Shown piece after piece: positions 19,801 through 27,948 of a stretch of 41,400 bases of DNA. The notes beneath the pieces are model-generated. The model was not told the origin of the DNA. It worked only from the letters and a program-made list of their open reading frames with translations, and made no database searches. A program made the translations under genes and the position numbers. Source of the stretch: Rudaea sp. (lineage in GTDB: Bacteria > Pseudomonadota > Gammaproteobacteria > Xanthomonadales > Rhodanobacteraceae); NCBI GenBank assembly GCA_035712685.1, contig DASTAL010000169.1, positions 1 to 41,400 on the forward strand, in the 5' to 3' direction. How positions within the stretch are numbered: the first letter of the stretch is position 1; every line of letters begins with the position of its first letter.

Positions 19801-21543
19801 ACGAAGCCCGGCGGCACGCTGATGCAGAACCGCGACCGCGCCCGGGCGGCGAGCCTGACGCAGATGGCCGGCATCGCGAACGCGCCCGATGCGCAGCGGC
19901 TCGGGTTCAGTCGCGACCCTAACACCGGCGCGCCGATGGTCTCGGCCGAGAATGCCGACGCGGCGATTCCCGAAGCCGACCAGGGCAAGCAGGATGTCGT
20001 GATCTTCGCTGATGGCCGCAAGGTTCCGGTGCGCTATGCGGTGGTCGAAGCCGAGGATGTCGCCGCCTCGCACCAGGCGGACGGCAGCGTCAACCCCGAT
20101 TACGAAGGCGCGCCGCTGCAGGCGCTCAACAATGGCCGCGTGGCAGGCGTGCAAGCGGCCTGGAAGGGCGGCAAGGCCGACACGTACAAGGCCGGGCTCG
20201 TCGCCGACGCCGCGATGTTCGGGCTCGATCCCAAGGCGATCGAAGCCAAGGCGCAGCCGATGGTGATCCGTCTGTACGACGCCAAGGCCAATTTCGGCGA
20301 CATGGGCAAGGCTTCGAACGAGTCCGGCAGCCTGGGGCTCTCGCCGACCGAGCAGGCCTTGACCGATGCGCGCGCGCTGCCGGACCTCGACACGCTGCCG
20401 CTGACCGAGTCCGGCGAGATTTCGAGCCGCGCCGACGATGAGTTCCACCGCGCGTTCCTGCGCAATCTCGGCGTCAACGATGCCGCCAAGCTGGTCGACG
20501 CCAGCGGGCGCTTCAACAAGACCTATCTCGACCGCCTGCGCGCGGCGCTGTTTGCACGGGCCTACGGCGATCCGCGGCTCATCGAGATGCAGACCGAATC
20601 GACCGATCCGGTCGCGCGCAACGTCCTGAACGCGTTGACGGCCGCGGCACCCGAGTGGGCCAAGGTTGACCAGGGCGCGCCGCTCGGCGACTACGCGACG
20701 CGTCTGACGGCCGCGATGGACTTGGTTCGGCAGGCCGGCGAATCGGGTGAGTCCGTGGCGCAGAAACTGGCGCAAGGCGACCTGATCGCCCGCGACCACC
20801 GCGGCGATGCGTGGGCGAAGTTCTTCGCCGACAATGCCCGCTCGGGCAAGCGCATCGGCGAGGCCTTGCGTGACGCCGCTCGCATGATCGCATCGGAGCA
20901 GCGTAAACTACTCAACGGCGACATGCTCGGCGGCGGCAGCCGCAGCGAAAGCGACATCACCGAGGCCGTGCTGAAAATCGCCGAGGACCGATATGGAAAC
21001 GAACGACCCGCTCAATCCGGCAGCCTCTTCAATGCCGCCGGCCGACCCGCCCGCGATGCAGCGGCTCGACCGGCTGCTGATGTGGCACGCGATGGGGCAC
21101 GCGAACAAGCTCAAAGTGAACGAGCCCAAGCTGACCATGCCGCCGCCGGAGAACGCGCCGCACCCGAGCCCGACGCAACGGGCGCCGCTGACGCTGGTCG
21201 CCCCGCAGGCGATGCCGTAGGCGCAGCCGCGGATGGTGCCGACGCGCAAGCACCTGCAGGACCGCAAGGCGAGGCTGGCCGAGCTCGACCAGGCGAGCCA
21301 GGTGGTGATGCGCAGGATCCGGAAGGACGCGCGGGAACTGGCGCGGCTGCGCCAGGAGATCGAGACATTGCACGCGCCCGCGAGGCCGTCACCCGTCGAC
21401 CCGACTTGATGCTGCCCGAGGGACTGACCGCGGCCGAGGCGATGCGCCAGGCCGACGAGGAAGTCGCGCAAGCCGAACGCGACGCCGCGGCGTTGAAGTC
21501 TGCCGTCGACTGCTTCCTGCAATTCGGGAGTGATGCCGCATGA
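16831..21543 (+). CDS. Giant polyvalent ejection protein (epsilon15 gp16-like ends) with Zeta-toxin-like kinase, HExxE and ddrB-ParB-like domains, about 1570 aa
   Basis: PDPHTTGAAG N-motif and AVDCFLQFG C-motif; FTGGGTGAGKST...FDGNL...RAERYGRTVP; QNRDR..AS and VRYAVVEA..ASH...NNGR. Start at ATG 16831 or 16837. Confidence 0.8.
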   Translation: MAMDDPGLNSNGLTADEQATFEGLYGADAGTAGAPKPGALTGWWHAAGAVPHALANVGLDVYGATNTALRGAVDSVTGAHDFSNLAGEPEGYGAGTPFKAAPDTLRSKVDDAAEETAQQVADLRSATDQMYRPDPHTTGAAGNLLFGAVDPLVRIGVGSVLTRGAGGLEFAAGTQGYERARELEAQGVDAGTAAESGAISAGTFEAMGAVGGEEGSLASRVLKSGAVNFAGGIANRGADSEALKAAGYDKLAAQEQWNDAQTMLSDALVGLAFPLMHEGINRGLDAAATRAENKLADKIAANPELFDKLHDGTGYVPAANVDAAMTSLNARQAADTAPGIPTDFASQGLHYKALDAAIKQSVNGDDVQVEPIVRGMQTIPRPVDPAKAEGFAEALAPEPEADPFRYAERDANGAITGYRNGDDFIPAFKNLTDAQREVEARAAAQVLDDPEAAIAAYSALTGKDHDTQGGNLINTDSARELFPDYGASPAARSMNALAVHEPASWIAKRAWERALARPVREGKNNSVFFTGGGTGAGKSTGPRRISDLADKQEGADITFDGNLNGFTSATKKIDAALASGRKVHILYTFRDPVQAFIHGALPRAERYGRTVPIPVHVDTHVGAAETYLRLKKHYEGNSNVVIESIRNDYKPGGRGTVTRGLPDDEIAQRATADRGKLSSEVRDAFERERQAGRVSDRVYYGTLGTRHSDIVDAASPSSRSSARTDDRRAQAGPTPHGDAGSDRIQPGIEQPAANGRGSEVGGVVRPTPGIGPLGSGSGGIRPEGQPANTLNPAAGGVSASGADASIRSSDAAYGTPDRHPWVDLDTTKNIPLAGGVSADGRTIYISRYMPKTVEIDGKTIDAIEGVTVHEVEEQKVMLPDGPKDAEYMAALKADIASEAKANPKSPKVSSNDLKKVARGVALPYPKAHAIATIRENAFIRAKYGIDPEKYQKALADGIEDARKKAAQEGNIPADLDRTPYEDTGLTKLLPTKPGGTLMQNRDRARAASLTQMAGIANAPDAQRLGFSRDPNTGAPMVSAENADAAIPEADQGKQDVVIFADGRKVPVRYAVVEAEDVAASHQADGSVNPDYEGAPLQALNNGRVAGVQAAWKGGKADTYKAGLVADAAMFGLDPKAIEAKAQPMVIRLYDAKANFGDMGKASNESGSLGLSPTEQALTDARALPDLDTLPLTESGEISSRADDEFHRAFLRNLGVNDAAKLVDASGRFNKTYLDRLRAALFARAYGDPRLIEMQTESTDPVARNVLNALTAAAPEWAKVDQGAPLGDYATRLTAAMDLVRQAGESGESVAQKLAQGDLIARDHRGDAWAKFFADNARSGKRIGEALRDAARMIASEQRKLLNGDMLGGGSRSESDITEAVLKIAEDRYGNERPAQSGSLFNAAGRPARDAAARPAADVARDGAREQAQSERAQADHAAAGERAAPEPDATGAADAGRPAGDAVGAAADGADAQAPAGPQGEAGRARPGEPGGDAQDPEGRAGTGAAAPGDRDIARAREAVTRRPDLMLPEGLTAAEAMRQADEEVAQAERDAAALKSAVDCFLQFGSDAA
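18852..18872 (+). promoter_or_regulatory. Internal extended -10 and SD for the nested gene
   Basis: TG-G-TAAACT at 18852-18860; GGAGGT at 18867-18872; ATG 18878. Confidence 0.6.
18878..19201 (+). CDS. Nested alternative-frame gene, 107 aa (candidate antitoxin)
   Basis: Strong SD; a terminator starts at its TAA; the host frame here is low-complexity with many A/T-ending codons. Confidence 0.7.
   Translation: MPLNEKDKQAAFQTGSTTAPSAPVTPTSLTQLRQAAEAAHARMIAERKPGQPPTVTPEVIAYNQALSSQPPTAGDQKWAAWYAQLQESDHWDQARGVFVPKANPQTP
19200..19228 (+). terminator. Terminator-like hairpin inside the giant ORF
   Basis: AAACCCCGCC-gct-GGCGGGGTTT followed by CTGCTT, starting within the nested gene's stop codon. Confidence 0.7.
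20993..21220 (+). CDS. Nested alternative-frame ORF, 75 aa
   Basis: GAGGA SD at 20983-20987; G/C-ending codons in this frame while the host frame is a low-complexity shadow. Confidence 0.55.
   Translation: METNDPLNPAASSMPPADPPAMQRLDRLLMWHAMGHANKLKVNEPKLTMPPPENAPHPSPTQRAPLTLVAPQAMP
21233..21409 (+). CDS. Nested alternative-frame ORF, 58 aa coiled coil (not in ORF track)
   Basis: MVPTRKHLQDRKARLAELDQASQVVMRRIRKDARELARLRQEIETLH...; almost all codons end in G/C; same frame as the preceding nested ORF. Confidence 0.55.
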   Translation: MVPTRKHLQDRKARLAELDQASQVVMRRIRKDARELARLRQEIETLHAPARPSPVDPT

Positions 21544-24083
21544 AATCCGAATGCGCCCTGCGCGTGGCGCAGACCCTTGGGCGCTCGCTTTCGGCCGTCG
21601 AGAGCCGCGACATCGAGACCCGGCTGCGGCTCGCGCGCCGGCGCCTGGCGCGGCAGGATCCCGATGGTTGGCAGAAGCTCACCGCCGAGGAACAAACCGA
21701 ACGCGCCGGCGCCGAGGCCGCTCGCGAGATCACCCGCGACGCGATCGCCAAGCGCATTCGCATGGCGCAGACCATCGTCGCGCACGACCGCATCGAGAAT
21801 TACATCGCCTCGCAGCGCGCGGCCGGCATCGACAAGGACGGGATGCAGTCGATCGACCGCCTGCTCGAATCCAACCCGGACGGCAAGAACAACATCGTCT
21901 CGCTGCACTCGGCCATCCAGGGCATCGCCGCGGCGGCGAGCACGTATCTGACCCGGAGCTGGCACGTCGCCGGTGGCCGGTTCTTGAAGCTGCTGCGCGA
22001 TCCGCGCGCCGAGGCGCTGCTGGTGCGCGCGCTGCACGGCGACACCAGCGTCCCGAAGGCCTTCCAGGATGCCGCGCGCGATTTTCACACCCTCGCCGAA
22101 CGCCTGCGCCAGCGGTTCAATGCGGCCGGCGGCGACGTGGGCAAACTCGACAACTGGGGCATGCCGCACTCGTGGTCGCTGCAAAAGCTGCTCAAGGCCG
22201 GGAAAGAGGCGTGGACCGACACCATGTTGCCGTTGATGGATCGCGATCAGTACGTGCACGACGACGGCTCGCGCTACAGCGACGACGAGATGCGCGCCTT
22301 CCTGGGTGAAGCCTGGCAATCGGTGGTCACGAACGGCGCCAACAAGGTACTCGCCGGCGATCGCGTGGGCGCCGGAATCAAGGCCAACCGGCACAGCGCC
22401 GAGCGCCAGATTCATCTCACCGGCGCCGATGCGTACCTCACCGCCATGCGCACGTTCAGCGACCGCGGCGTCATGGATGCGATGTTCGGCCACGTGCGCC
22501 GCATGAGCCGCGACATTGGCCTGGTCGAGCAGTTCGGCCCGAACGCCGATCTCGCTTTCCGCCAGGCGCTCGAAACAGAAACCAACCGCGCGATTGTCGC
22601 GCACCCCGAGCGCGCATCGCACTGGACGAGCTATTCGAAGCGACTCACCGATCGCTACAACTACGAGGTCAACGGCTCGCCGATGCCCTCGACCTGGTAC
22701 GCGAAAGCGGTGCAGGGCTGGCGCAACCTCAACATGCTGAAACTCGGCGCGACCGCGATCAACAGCCTGGGCGATTGGGGCACGATGCTCACGACCGCCC
22801 ACGTCAACGGCGTGCCGAAAACGAAGATGTTCCTCAACGAGCTGCGCGCGCTGAATCCGCTCGATCGCAGCCAGCGCGCCATCGCCGCGAGCGCGGGCCT
22901 GATGGTGCGCGAGTATTCGCAGACGCTCGCACGCTTCGGCGACGAGCTCGGCGCGCACGGCTGGACGTCCAAGGTCGGCAACACCATGCTCAAGGTCTCG
23001 CTGGCGCCCTACGTGTGGCGCGCGCGGCAGCAGGCTTTCAGCCTCGGCATGATGGACCAGGTCGGCAAGGCGGTGGCCGCGCATACCTCGATCGACGCGC
23101 TCAACGACGACGACCAGAAGCTCACCAAGCACTTCGGGCTCGATGATCGCGACTGGCAGGTAATGCGTCTCGCCAAGCCGGACACTTGGGGCGGCAACCA
23201 TACGCTGCTCACCCCGGAATCCATCTACCAGATTCCCGACGCGCAGCTCGAAGCCGCGGGCATCGACAACCCGCAACTCGCGAAGGACAAGGCTGCCTCG
23301 AACCTGATGGCACTGGTCTACTCCGAACAAGACCGCGCCATCCTCGAACCGGGTCCGCGCATCAAGGTCGCGCTCGGCGGCATGTCGGACCCGGACAGCG
23401 CGAAGGGCATTCTGCTGCGCTCTTTCAGCCTGTTCAAAACCTACTCGTTCGACATGACCTACCAGCACTTGAACCGCGCGCTCAAGTATTACGATTCATG
23501 GAAGGGCAGCGTCGGCTACCTCGCGGCGCTGGTCGCGGCGACGACGGTGTGCGGCGCAACGGCGAACGCGATCAACGACCTCATCGCCGGCCGGGATCCG
23601 CGCACGCTCAACCTGTCAGCGAAAGAGGGCTGGAAAAATTGGATCGGCGCGATGGTGCGCGGCGGCGGCCTGGGCCTTTATGGCGACTACCTCATCAACA
23701 CCGCCGGCGCCCGCGGCAACACGCTCGCGGAAACCCTGCTCGGGCCGCTGGTCTCGGACGCGTCCTCGCTGCTCGACTTCGGGCAGAAGGCGATCGCCGC
23801 CAGCACCGACCCCGACGCCGACACCGAAAAGAAACTGCACTCGCCGGCGATCGAGGCCGAGCGCACGGTGCGCTCCTACATTCCTGGCGCGAACCTCTGG
23901 TACACCCGCGCGGTGCTCGATCACCTGATCTTCAACGATCTCTCCGATTACCTTTCGCCCGGCTACATGCAGCGCCAGCAGTCGCGCGACCGCCAGCAGG
24001 GGCACACGCATTATTGGCAACCCGACCAGGCGTTCCCTGATCGCGCGCCCGACTTCTCGCACATCGGCGCATCGCAGAACTGA
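21540..24083 (+). CDS. Ejection protein (epsilon15 gp17-like)
   Basis: MKSECALRVAQTLGRSL, FNAAGGDVGKLDNWGMPHSW, GGGLGLYGDYL, PGANLWYTRA. Confidence 0.85.
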   Translation: MKSECALRVAQTLGRSLSAVESRDIETRLRLARRRLARQDPDGWQKLTAEEQTERAGAEAAREITRDAIAKRIRMAQTIVAHDRIENYIASQRAAGIDKDGMQSIDRLLESNPDGKNNIVSLHSAIQGIAAAASTYLTRSWHVAGGRFLKLLRDPRAEALLVRALHGDTSVPKAFQDAARDFHTLAERLRQRFNAAGGDVGKLDNWGMPHSWSLQKLLKAGKEAWTDTMLPLMDRDQYVHDDGSRYSDDEMRAFLGEAWQSVVTNGANKVLAGDRVGAGIKANRHSAERQIHLTGADAYLTAMRTFSDRGVMDAMFGHVRRMSRDIGLVEQFGPNADLAFRQALETETNRAIVAHPERASHWTSYSKRLTDRYNYEVNGSPMPSTWYAKAVQGWRNLNMLKLGATAINSLGDWGTMLTTAHVNGVPKTKMFLNELRALNPLDRSQRAIAASAGLMVREYSQTLARFGDELGAHGWTSKVGNTMLKVSLAPYVWRARQQAFSLGMMDQVGKAVAAHTSIDALNDDDQKLTKHFGLDDRDWQVMRLAKPDTWGGNHTLLTPESIYQIPDAQLEAAGIDNPQLAKDKAASNLMALVYSEQDRAILEPGPRIKVALGGMSDPDSAKGILLRSFSLFKTYSFDMTYQHLNRALKYYDSWKGSVGYLAALVAATTVCGATANAINDLIAGRDPRTLNLSAKEGWKNWIGAMVRGGGLGLYGDYLINTAGARGNTLAETLLGPLVSDASSLLDFGQKAIAASTDPDADTEKKLHSPAIEAERTVRSYIPGANLWYTRAVLDHLIFNDLSDYLSPGYMQRQQSRDRQQGHTHYWQPDQAFPDRAPDFSHIGASQN

Positions 24084-24105
24084 CGCCACCAACCGAACAC
24101 CACCC

Positions 24106-24132
24106 AAGCCGCCGCAAGGCGGCTTTTCTTTT
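24106..24132 (+). terminator. Intrinsic terminator
   Basis: AAGCCGCC-GCAA-GGCGGCTT followed by TTCTTTT. Confidence 0.85.
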
Positions 24133-24144
24133 GGAGCAGCGGCC

Positions 24145-26133
24145 ATGACCGTCACCACCACCACCGCCTCGCAAACCTTTCAGGGCAACGACACCGCGAC
24201 CGCGTTCCCGTGCCAGTTCGAGATTTTCCAGAACACCGACATCAATGTGTTTTTCGTGAATCCGGCCACGGGCACGCAAACCCAGGCGGTGCTCAATACC
24301 GATTACACCGTGGCGGGCGCGGGCGCTTCGGCAGGCTTCACGGTCAACACCACCGTCGCCGTTCCCACTGGAACGAACCTCTACGTGGTGCGCGCGCTGC
24401 CGCTGACGCAACTGATCGACTTCACCAACCAGGGCGCGTTCTTCCCGACCCTGCACGAAACTGCGTTCGATCGGCTGTGCATGCTGATCCAGCAGATCGC
24501 GAACTTCTCGGAAGGGCTCAACATCACGATGCCGCCGGGCCTCGTGCCACAGCCATCCGCGAAATTCCCCATCCCGCTGGCTGGCAGCCTCATCGGCTGG
24601 AACGCCGCCGGCGATGAGCTGGTCAACACCGGGCCGACGACTGGCGCGGGCGGCATCTCCGACATCAACGTCGCGGCCAACGCAGGCGTGCAATCCACGA
24701 AGCTCGCATTCACCCAGGCTGGCACGGGCGCGGTGGCGCGGACGGTCCAGGCCAAGCTTCAGGACGTGGTGAGCGTGGCGGACTTCGGCGCCGTAGGCGA
24801 TGGCGTCGCGGACTGTACGGCGGCGTTCCAGGCGGCCCTCAACGCGGTATCAACTGCGGGCGGCGGCTGCGTCACGGTGCCGAACGGCAGCTATGTGGTG
24901 GGCGCCCTGACGCTCGCCAGCAACGTGCGGCTGGCCGGCGCAGGGTTGGCTTCGACGACCTTGATCCCGGATGCCGCCAGCATCACCGTCCTTTCGGGAA
25001 GTTCCTGCAACAACGTTGTGGTCGAGAACCTCTCCATCGGCTGCGCGGCAAAGACGGGCGTGACGGGAATCTCGTTCACCAAAGGATGGCAATGCACTAT
25101 TCGGAACGTGCAATTTGAAGGCTGCGCCACTTCCTTCGTGATCGACCGTGGGAGCTTCTACGACGTCTCTGGAATCTTTTTAACCGGATCTTCCAGCATC
25201 GGCGCAGGCGGTTGCAAAATCTGGTCGTCCAGCGACACCGACTACGTCCATGATGTGGTGCTGCGGAGCGTGGCCATCACCAATGCCGGAAACGGCGTCA
25301 CCGGCACGGGCATCTACATCCGCCGCGGCGTGAGCGTGCTGGTCAGCAACGCGCATGCGAACGACATGGTGACGGGTGGCACCGCACAGAACTTCATCGT
25401 CGTCGAGAACGACTCGCAAGGCTGCAAAATCGTCGAATGCGGTTCGCCCTACTCCAACATCGGGCTGCTCGTTCAGACGGGCAGCGGTGTGGCCGTGGCT
25501 CCCACGTTCCTCGACGTGATCAGCTTCGACTCGGATCAGTGCGTATCGCACGCGATCGACATCGAGGATGGCGAGTGGATCCGCATCATCGGCGGCAATC
25601 TCACGGCGTCAGGTCGAACCCCAGCCGCGTTCGCGCTCCTCATCAACGGCGCGACGAGCGTGTTCGTCGACGGCGTGACGGTCCAGGGATTCAGCAGCAC
25701 GCCGGGATCGGGTATCTACATCGCCAACGGCACGGACATCCAGCTTCGCAACTGCGTGATCGACACCTGCTACTACGGCTTTACGTTCGCGGCCACCAAC
25801 GCGGGAATCACGATGATCGGGTGCGCGTTGCAGAATTGCTCCAACGCCTTCAACGGGGCGTTGCCCTCCGATGCGGGCAGCTTCTTCTACGGCAACAAAG
25901 GGCTTAGCTCCTATGCGAACACCGTGCCGGGAATGCCCGCCTCGGGAACCGCGCTGGTCAATCCGTTCCCATTCGCTTGTCGCATTTGGGTGTGGGCCGG
26001 GACGGTGAGCGCCTTCCATGTTGCCGAAACAGGCATCCCGGTTGGAACTCCTTTCTACACGGACCTGGAACCTGGAGAGTCGATCAAGATTACCTACACC
26101 TCGGCGCCGAGTTGGACGTGGCAGGCTAAATGA
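24145..26133 (+). CDS. Tailspike / depolymerase (T7-tail-like N-terminal anchor and pectate-lyase-like beta-helix)
   Basis: GNDTATAFPCQF...HETAFDRLCMLIQQ anchor; VSVADFGAVGDGVADCTAAFQAA; beta-helix-type repeats. Confidence 0.88.
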   Translation: MTVTTTTASQTFQGNDTATAFPCQFEIFQNTDINVFFVNPATGTQTQAVLNTDYTVAGAGASAGFTVNTTVAVPTGTNLYVVRALPLTQLIDFTNQGAFFPTLHETAFDRLCMLIQQIANFSEGLNITMPPGLVPQPSAKFPIPLAGSLIGWNAAGDELVNTGPTTGAGGISDINVAANAGVQSTKLAFTQAGTGAVARTVQAKLQDVVSVADFGAVGDGVADCTAAFQAALNAVSTAGGGCVTVPNGSYVVGALTLASNVRLAGAGLASTTLIPDAASITVLSGSSCNNVVVENLSIGCAAKTGVTGISFTKGWQCTIRNVQFEGCATSFVIDRGSFYDVSGIFLTGSSSIGAGGCKIWSSSDTDYVHDVVLRSVAITNAGNGVTGTGIYIRRGVSVLVSNAHANDMVTGGTAQNFIVVENDSQGCKIVECGSPYSNIGLLVQTGSGVAVAPTFLDVISFDSDQCVSHAIDIEDGEWIRIIGGNLTASGRTPAAFALLINGATSVFVDGVTVQGFSSTPGSGIYIANGTDIQLRNCVIDTCYYGFTFAATNAGITMIGCALQNCSNAFNGALPSDAGSFFYGNKGLSSYANTVPGMPASGTALVNPFPFACRIWVWAGTVSAFHVAETGIPVGTPFYTDLEPGESIKITYTSAPSWTWQAK

Positions 26134-26316
26134 CGGCGCTCGCAACAGCGGCGGCAGGCGGTCCGGTGAGCGTGGGGACGTTGCTGTAAAAGTGTCTACC
26201 CAATGCGCCGCGCCGACGCAGGAATGCGGGTTACAGCGGTGGATAACTCGCGGAAGGTAGACGCGTCGAGTTCCCGAAAGCTCCACGTGAAACAACCGCT
26301 TGCGCGTTCGCGGCTT

Positions 26317-26366
26317 CCGGACTGTTAATCTGGGGGTCCTTGGTTCGAGTCCAAGTTCGGGCGCCA
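26317..26366 (+). other. attP core: 3' half of tRNA-Asn(GTT)
   Basis: CCGGA-CTGTTAA-TCTGG anticodon arm, CTTGG-TTCGAGT-CCAAG T arm, TTCGGGC-G-CCA; no 5' half; next to the integrase 3' end; IHF-like ATTCAACAACTTA follows. Confidence 0.9.
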
Positions 26367-26422
26367 AATTCAACAACTTACGCGGTGGATAACTTGCCGC
26401 TGTCTAATCTGATAAAAAACGT

Positions 26423-27358
26423 CTACCCGATGGGCCGGATCGCTTCCGGTTTCACGCGGTAATGCTTGCGCGTCGTGCCTTCATCTTCGTGCGCCAAAAG
26501 CTGCGCGGCATGGGTGAGGCTGTCGGCGTCGCTGCCGGTTTTCTTGCGCAAGTCGTGGAAGTGGACATCGCCGATCCCGGCGCGCAATTTAAGCTTGCGC
26601 CACGACGCCCGAAAGCCGCTTGACGTGTACGCCTCGCCGTCGCGGTTGATCAGCAGCGGCGCCGCCCCGATCCGGCTGCGCGCCATATCGCCCCACAGCA
26701 CCCGCAACTCGTCTGACCAGCCAATCAGGATGGTCTTGCCGGTCTTGCCCGTGCGAACCGTGATGCCTGCCTCGCTGGCGTCACTCAGGCGCAATCGCAG
26801 CAAATCCCCCTGCCGCAGCCCCGTCAGATACGCGAAGCGCAGAAACGGCTTCCAGCGCGGCCATGCTGCGGTGATCAGCGCGGCCAGTTCCACATCGGTC
26901 ACGTACCGCTGGCGGGGTCGCTCCGTGTTCCGGTAGCGCAAGCCCGCGGCCGGGTTCGCCCCGGCATAGATTCCGGCGTTCAGCGCCCAGGTGTAGACCG
27001 CCGACAACAACGCCCGCTCCCGGTTGCCCGACACGTTGCCGCGTCGCCGCACGTATTCATACACATGATCCCGGCGCAGTGCTTCCAGCGGCATGCGCCC
27101 AAACACCGGAACCAGTTGCTTCATCGCGTCCCGATAGCTGGTGATCGTGGAGGGCTGCAATCGATCCGCGCTGTCGGCGATGTATTGCGCGAGCGCCTGC
27201 GCGATCGTTCGGATCGGCGCAGCTTCCCGGCCTTCCCATTCCGCCCATGTTCGCAACGCCTGTCCATAATCGCGCCCGAGATGCGTCCAGACGTGTCCGC
27301 GCACGTAGTAATACGCGCCATGTTTGCGGTGCAGCCGTGGCGGAAGATCACGCGGCAC
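26423..27358 (-). CDS. int: Tyrosine integrase, about 311 aa
   Basis: TGLRQGDLL (R), KTGK (K), FHDLRK (HxxR), LLAH (H), KHY (Y); GTG start overlaps xis. Confidence 0.93.
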   Translation of the reverse strand: MPRDLPPRLHRKHGAYYYVRGHVWTHLGRDYGQALRTWAEWEGREAAPIRTIAQALAQYIADSADRLQPSTITSYRDAMKQLVPVFGRMPLEALRRDHVYEYVRRRGNVSGNRERALLSAVYTWALNAGIYAGANPAAGLRYRNTERPRQRYVTDVELAALITAAWPRWKPFLRFAYLTGLRQGDLLRLRLSDASEAGITVRTGKTGKTILIGWSDELRVLWGDMARSRIGAAPLLINRDGEAYTSSGFRASWRKLKLRAGIGDVHFHDLRKKTGSDADSLTHAAQLLAHEDEGTTRKHYRVKPEAIRPIG

Positions 27359-27563
27359 GCATTGCTTTCCAGTTGGGCGCGGGTTCCGCGCGCTTGGGTC
27401 GCTCACCGTAGCCCCGCCAATCGCCGCGGTCAACCAAGGGGCGCCCGCTCTGCGGCTGCACCGTGAAGCGTATGCCCATCGCCGCCAGCGCCTCGCATTG
27501 CCGGGCATGCCATGCATACCCGGTAATTTCGCGAACCTCTTGGGCGGTCAGGCAAAGGCTCAC
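27348..27563 (-). CDS. DUF4224-like excisionase candidate
   Basis: LTAQEVREITGY...QCEALAAMGIRF..GRPLV...PNW; directly upstream of int. Confidence 0.8.
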   Translation of the reverse strand: MSLCLTAQEVREITGYAWHARQCEALAAMGIRFTVQPQSGRPLVDRGDWRGYGERPKRAEPAPNWKAMRAA

Positions 27564-27564
27564 G

Positions 27565-27948
27565 TCATTCCTCCACCGGCACCAGCGCGACGCGCTTGCC
27601 TAACCACTCGACCGGAAACGGCTCCGTGAAATACCCGGTAATAGTGACGCCCGGATGCTTGCCGCTTAGATCTACGGCGTGCAGACGCACGGTTGGCGTA
27701 TCCGCAATTTTCGCCTTGAGCGCCGCAAGCTCGGCCTCGGCGCGCTCGGCACGTTTTTGCAATGCGCGCCATTCCTCGCGTGATGGAACGTGCAGCAATT
27801 CCTCCGTCATGCCAGAAACATCACCACGCAGTCGATCCCGCTCGCGGATCGCGGCGTCGATGGACGCTTTGACTTGGCCCGGATCATCGTATGCGTCGAT
27901 AAAACCACGCTCCAAAAGCTCGCTGATTGATTCAAGCGTAATGGTCAT
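27565..27948 (-). CDS. Hypothetical protein with a coiled coil, 127 aa
   Basis: GGAG SD, ATGA overlap, KRAERAEAELAALKA. Confidence 0.75.
   Translation of the reverse strand: MTITLESISELLERGFIDAYDDPGQVKASIDAAIRERDRLRGDVSGMTEELLHVPSREEWRALQKRAERAEAELAALKAKIADTPTVRLHAVDLSGKHPGVTITGYFTEPFPVEWLGKRVALVPVEE

Noticed and set aside
692-25551. Long minus-strand ORFs across the late operon (e.g. 9252-11339, 14679-16763, 21111-23468)
   Set aside because: Antisense shadows of high-GC3 genes, with no motifs or translation signals.
26317-26366. Functional tRNA-Asn gene
   Set aside because: No D arm or 5' acceptor strand; it is the attP identity block.
24145-26420. BPP-1-type diversity-generating retroelement
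   Set aside because: No reverse transcriptase and no TR/VR repeat pair seen, despite the BPP-1-like head genes.
27598-27700. attC starting at GCCTAAC
   Set aside because: Lies inside a coding region and has no matching L'/R' arm.
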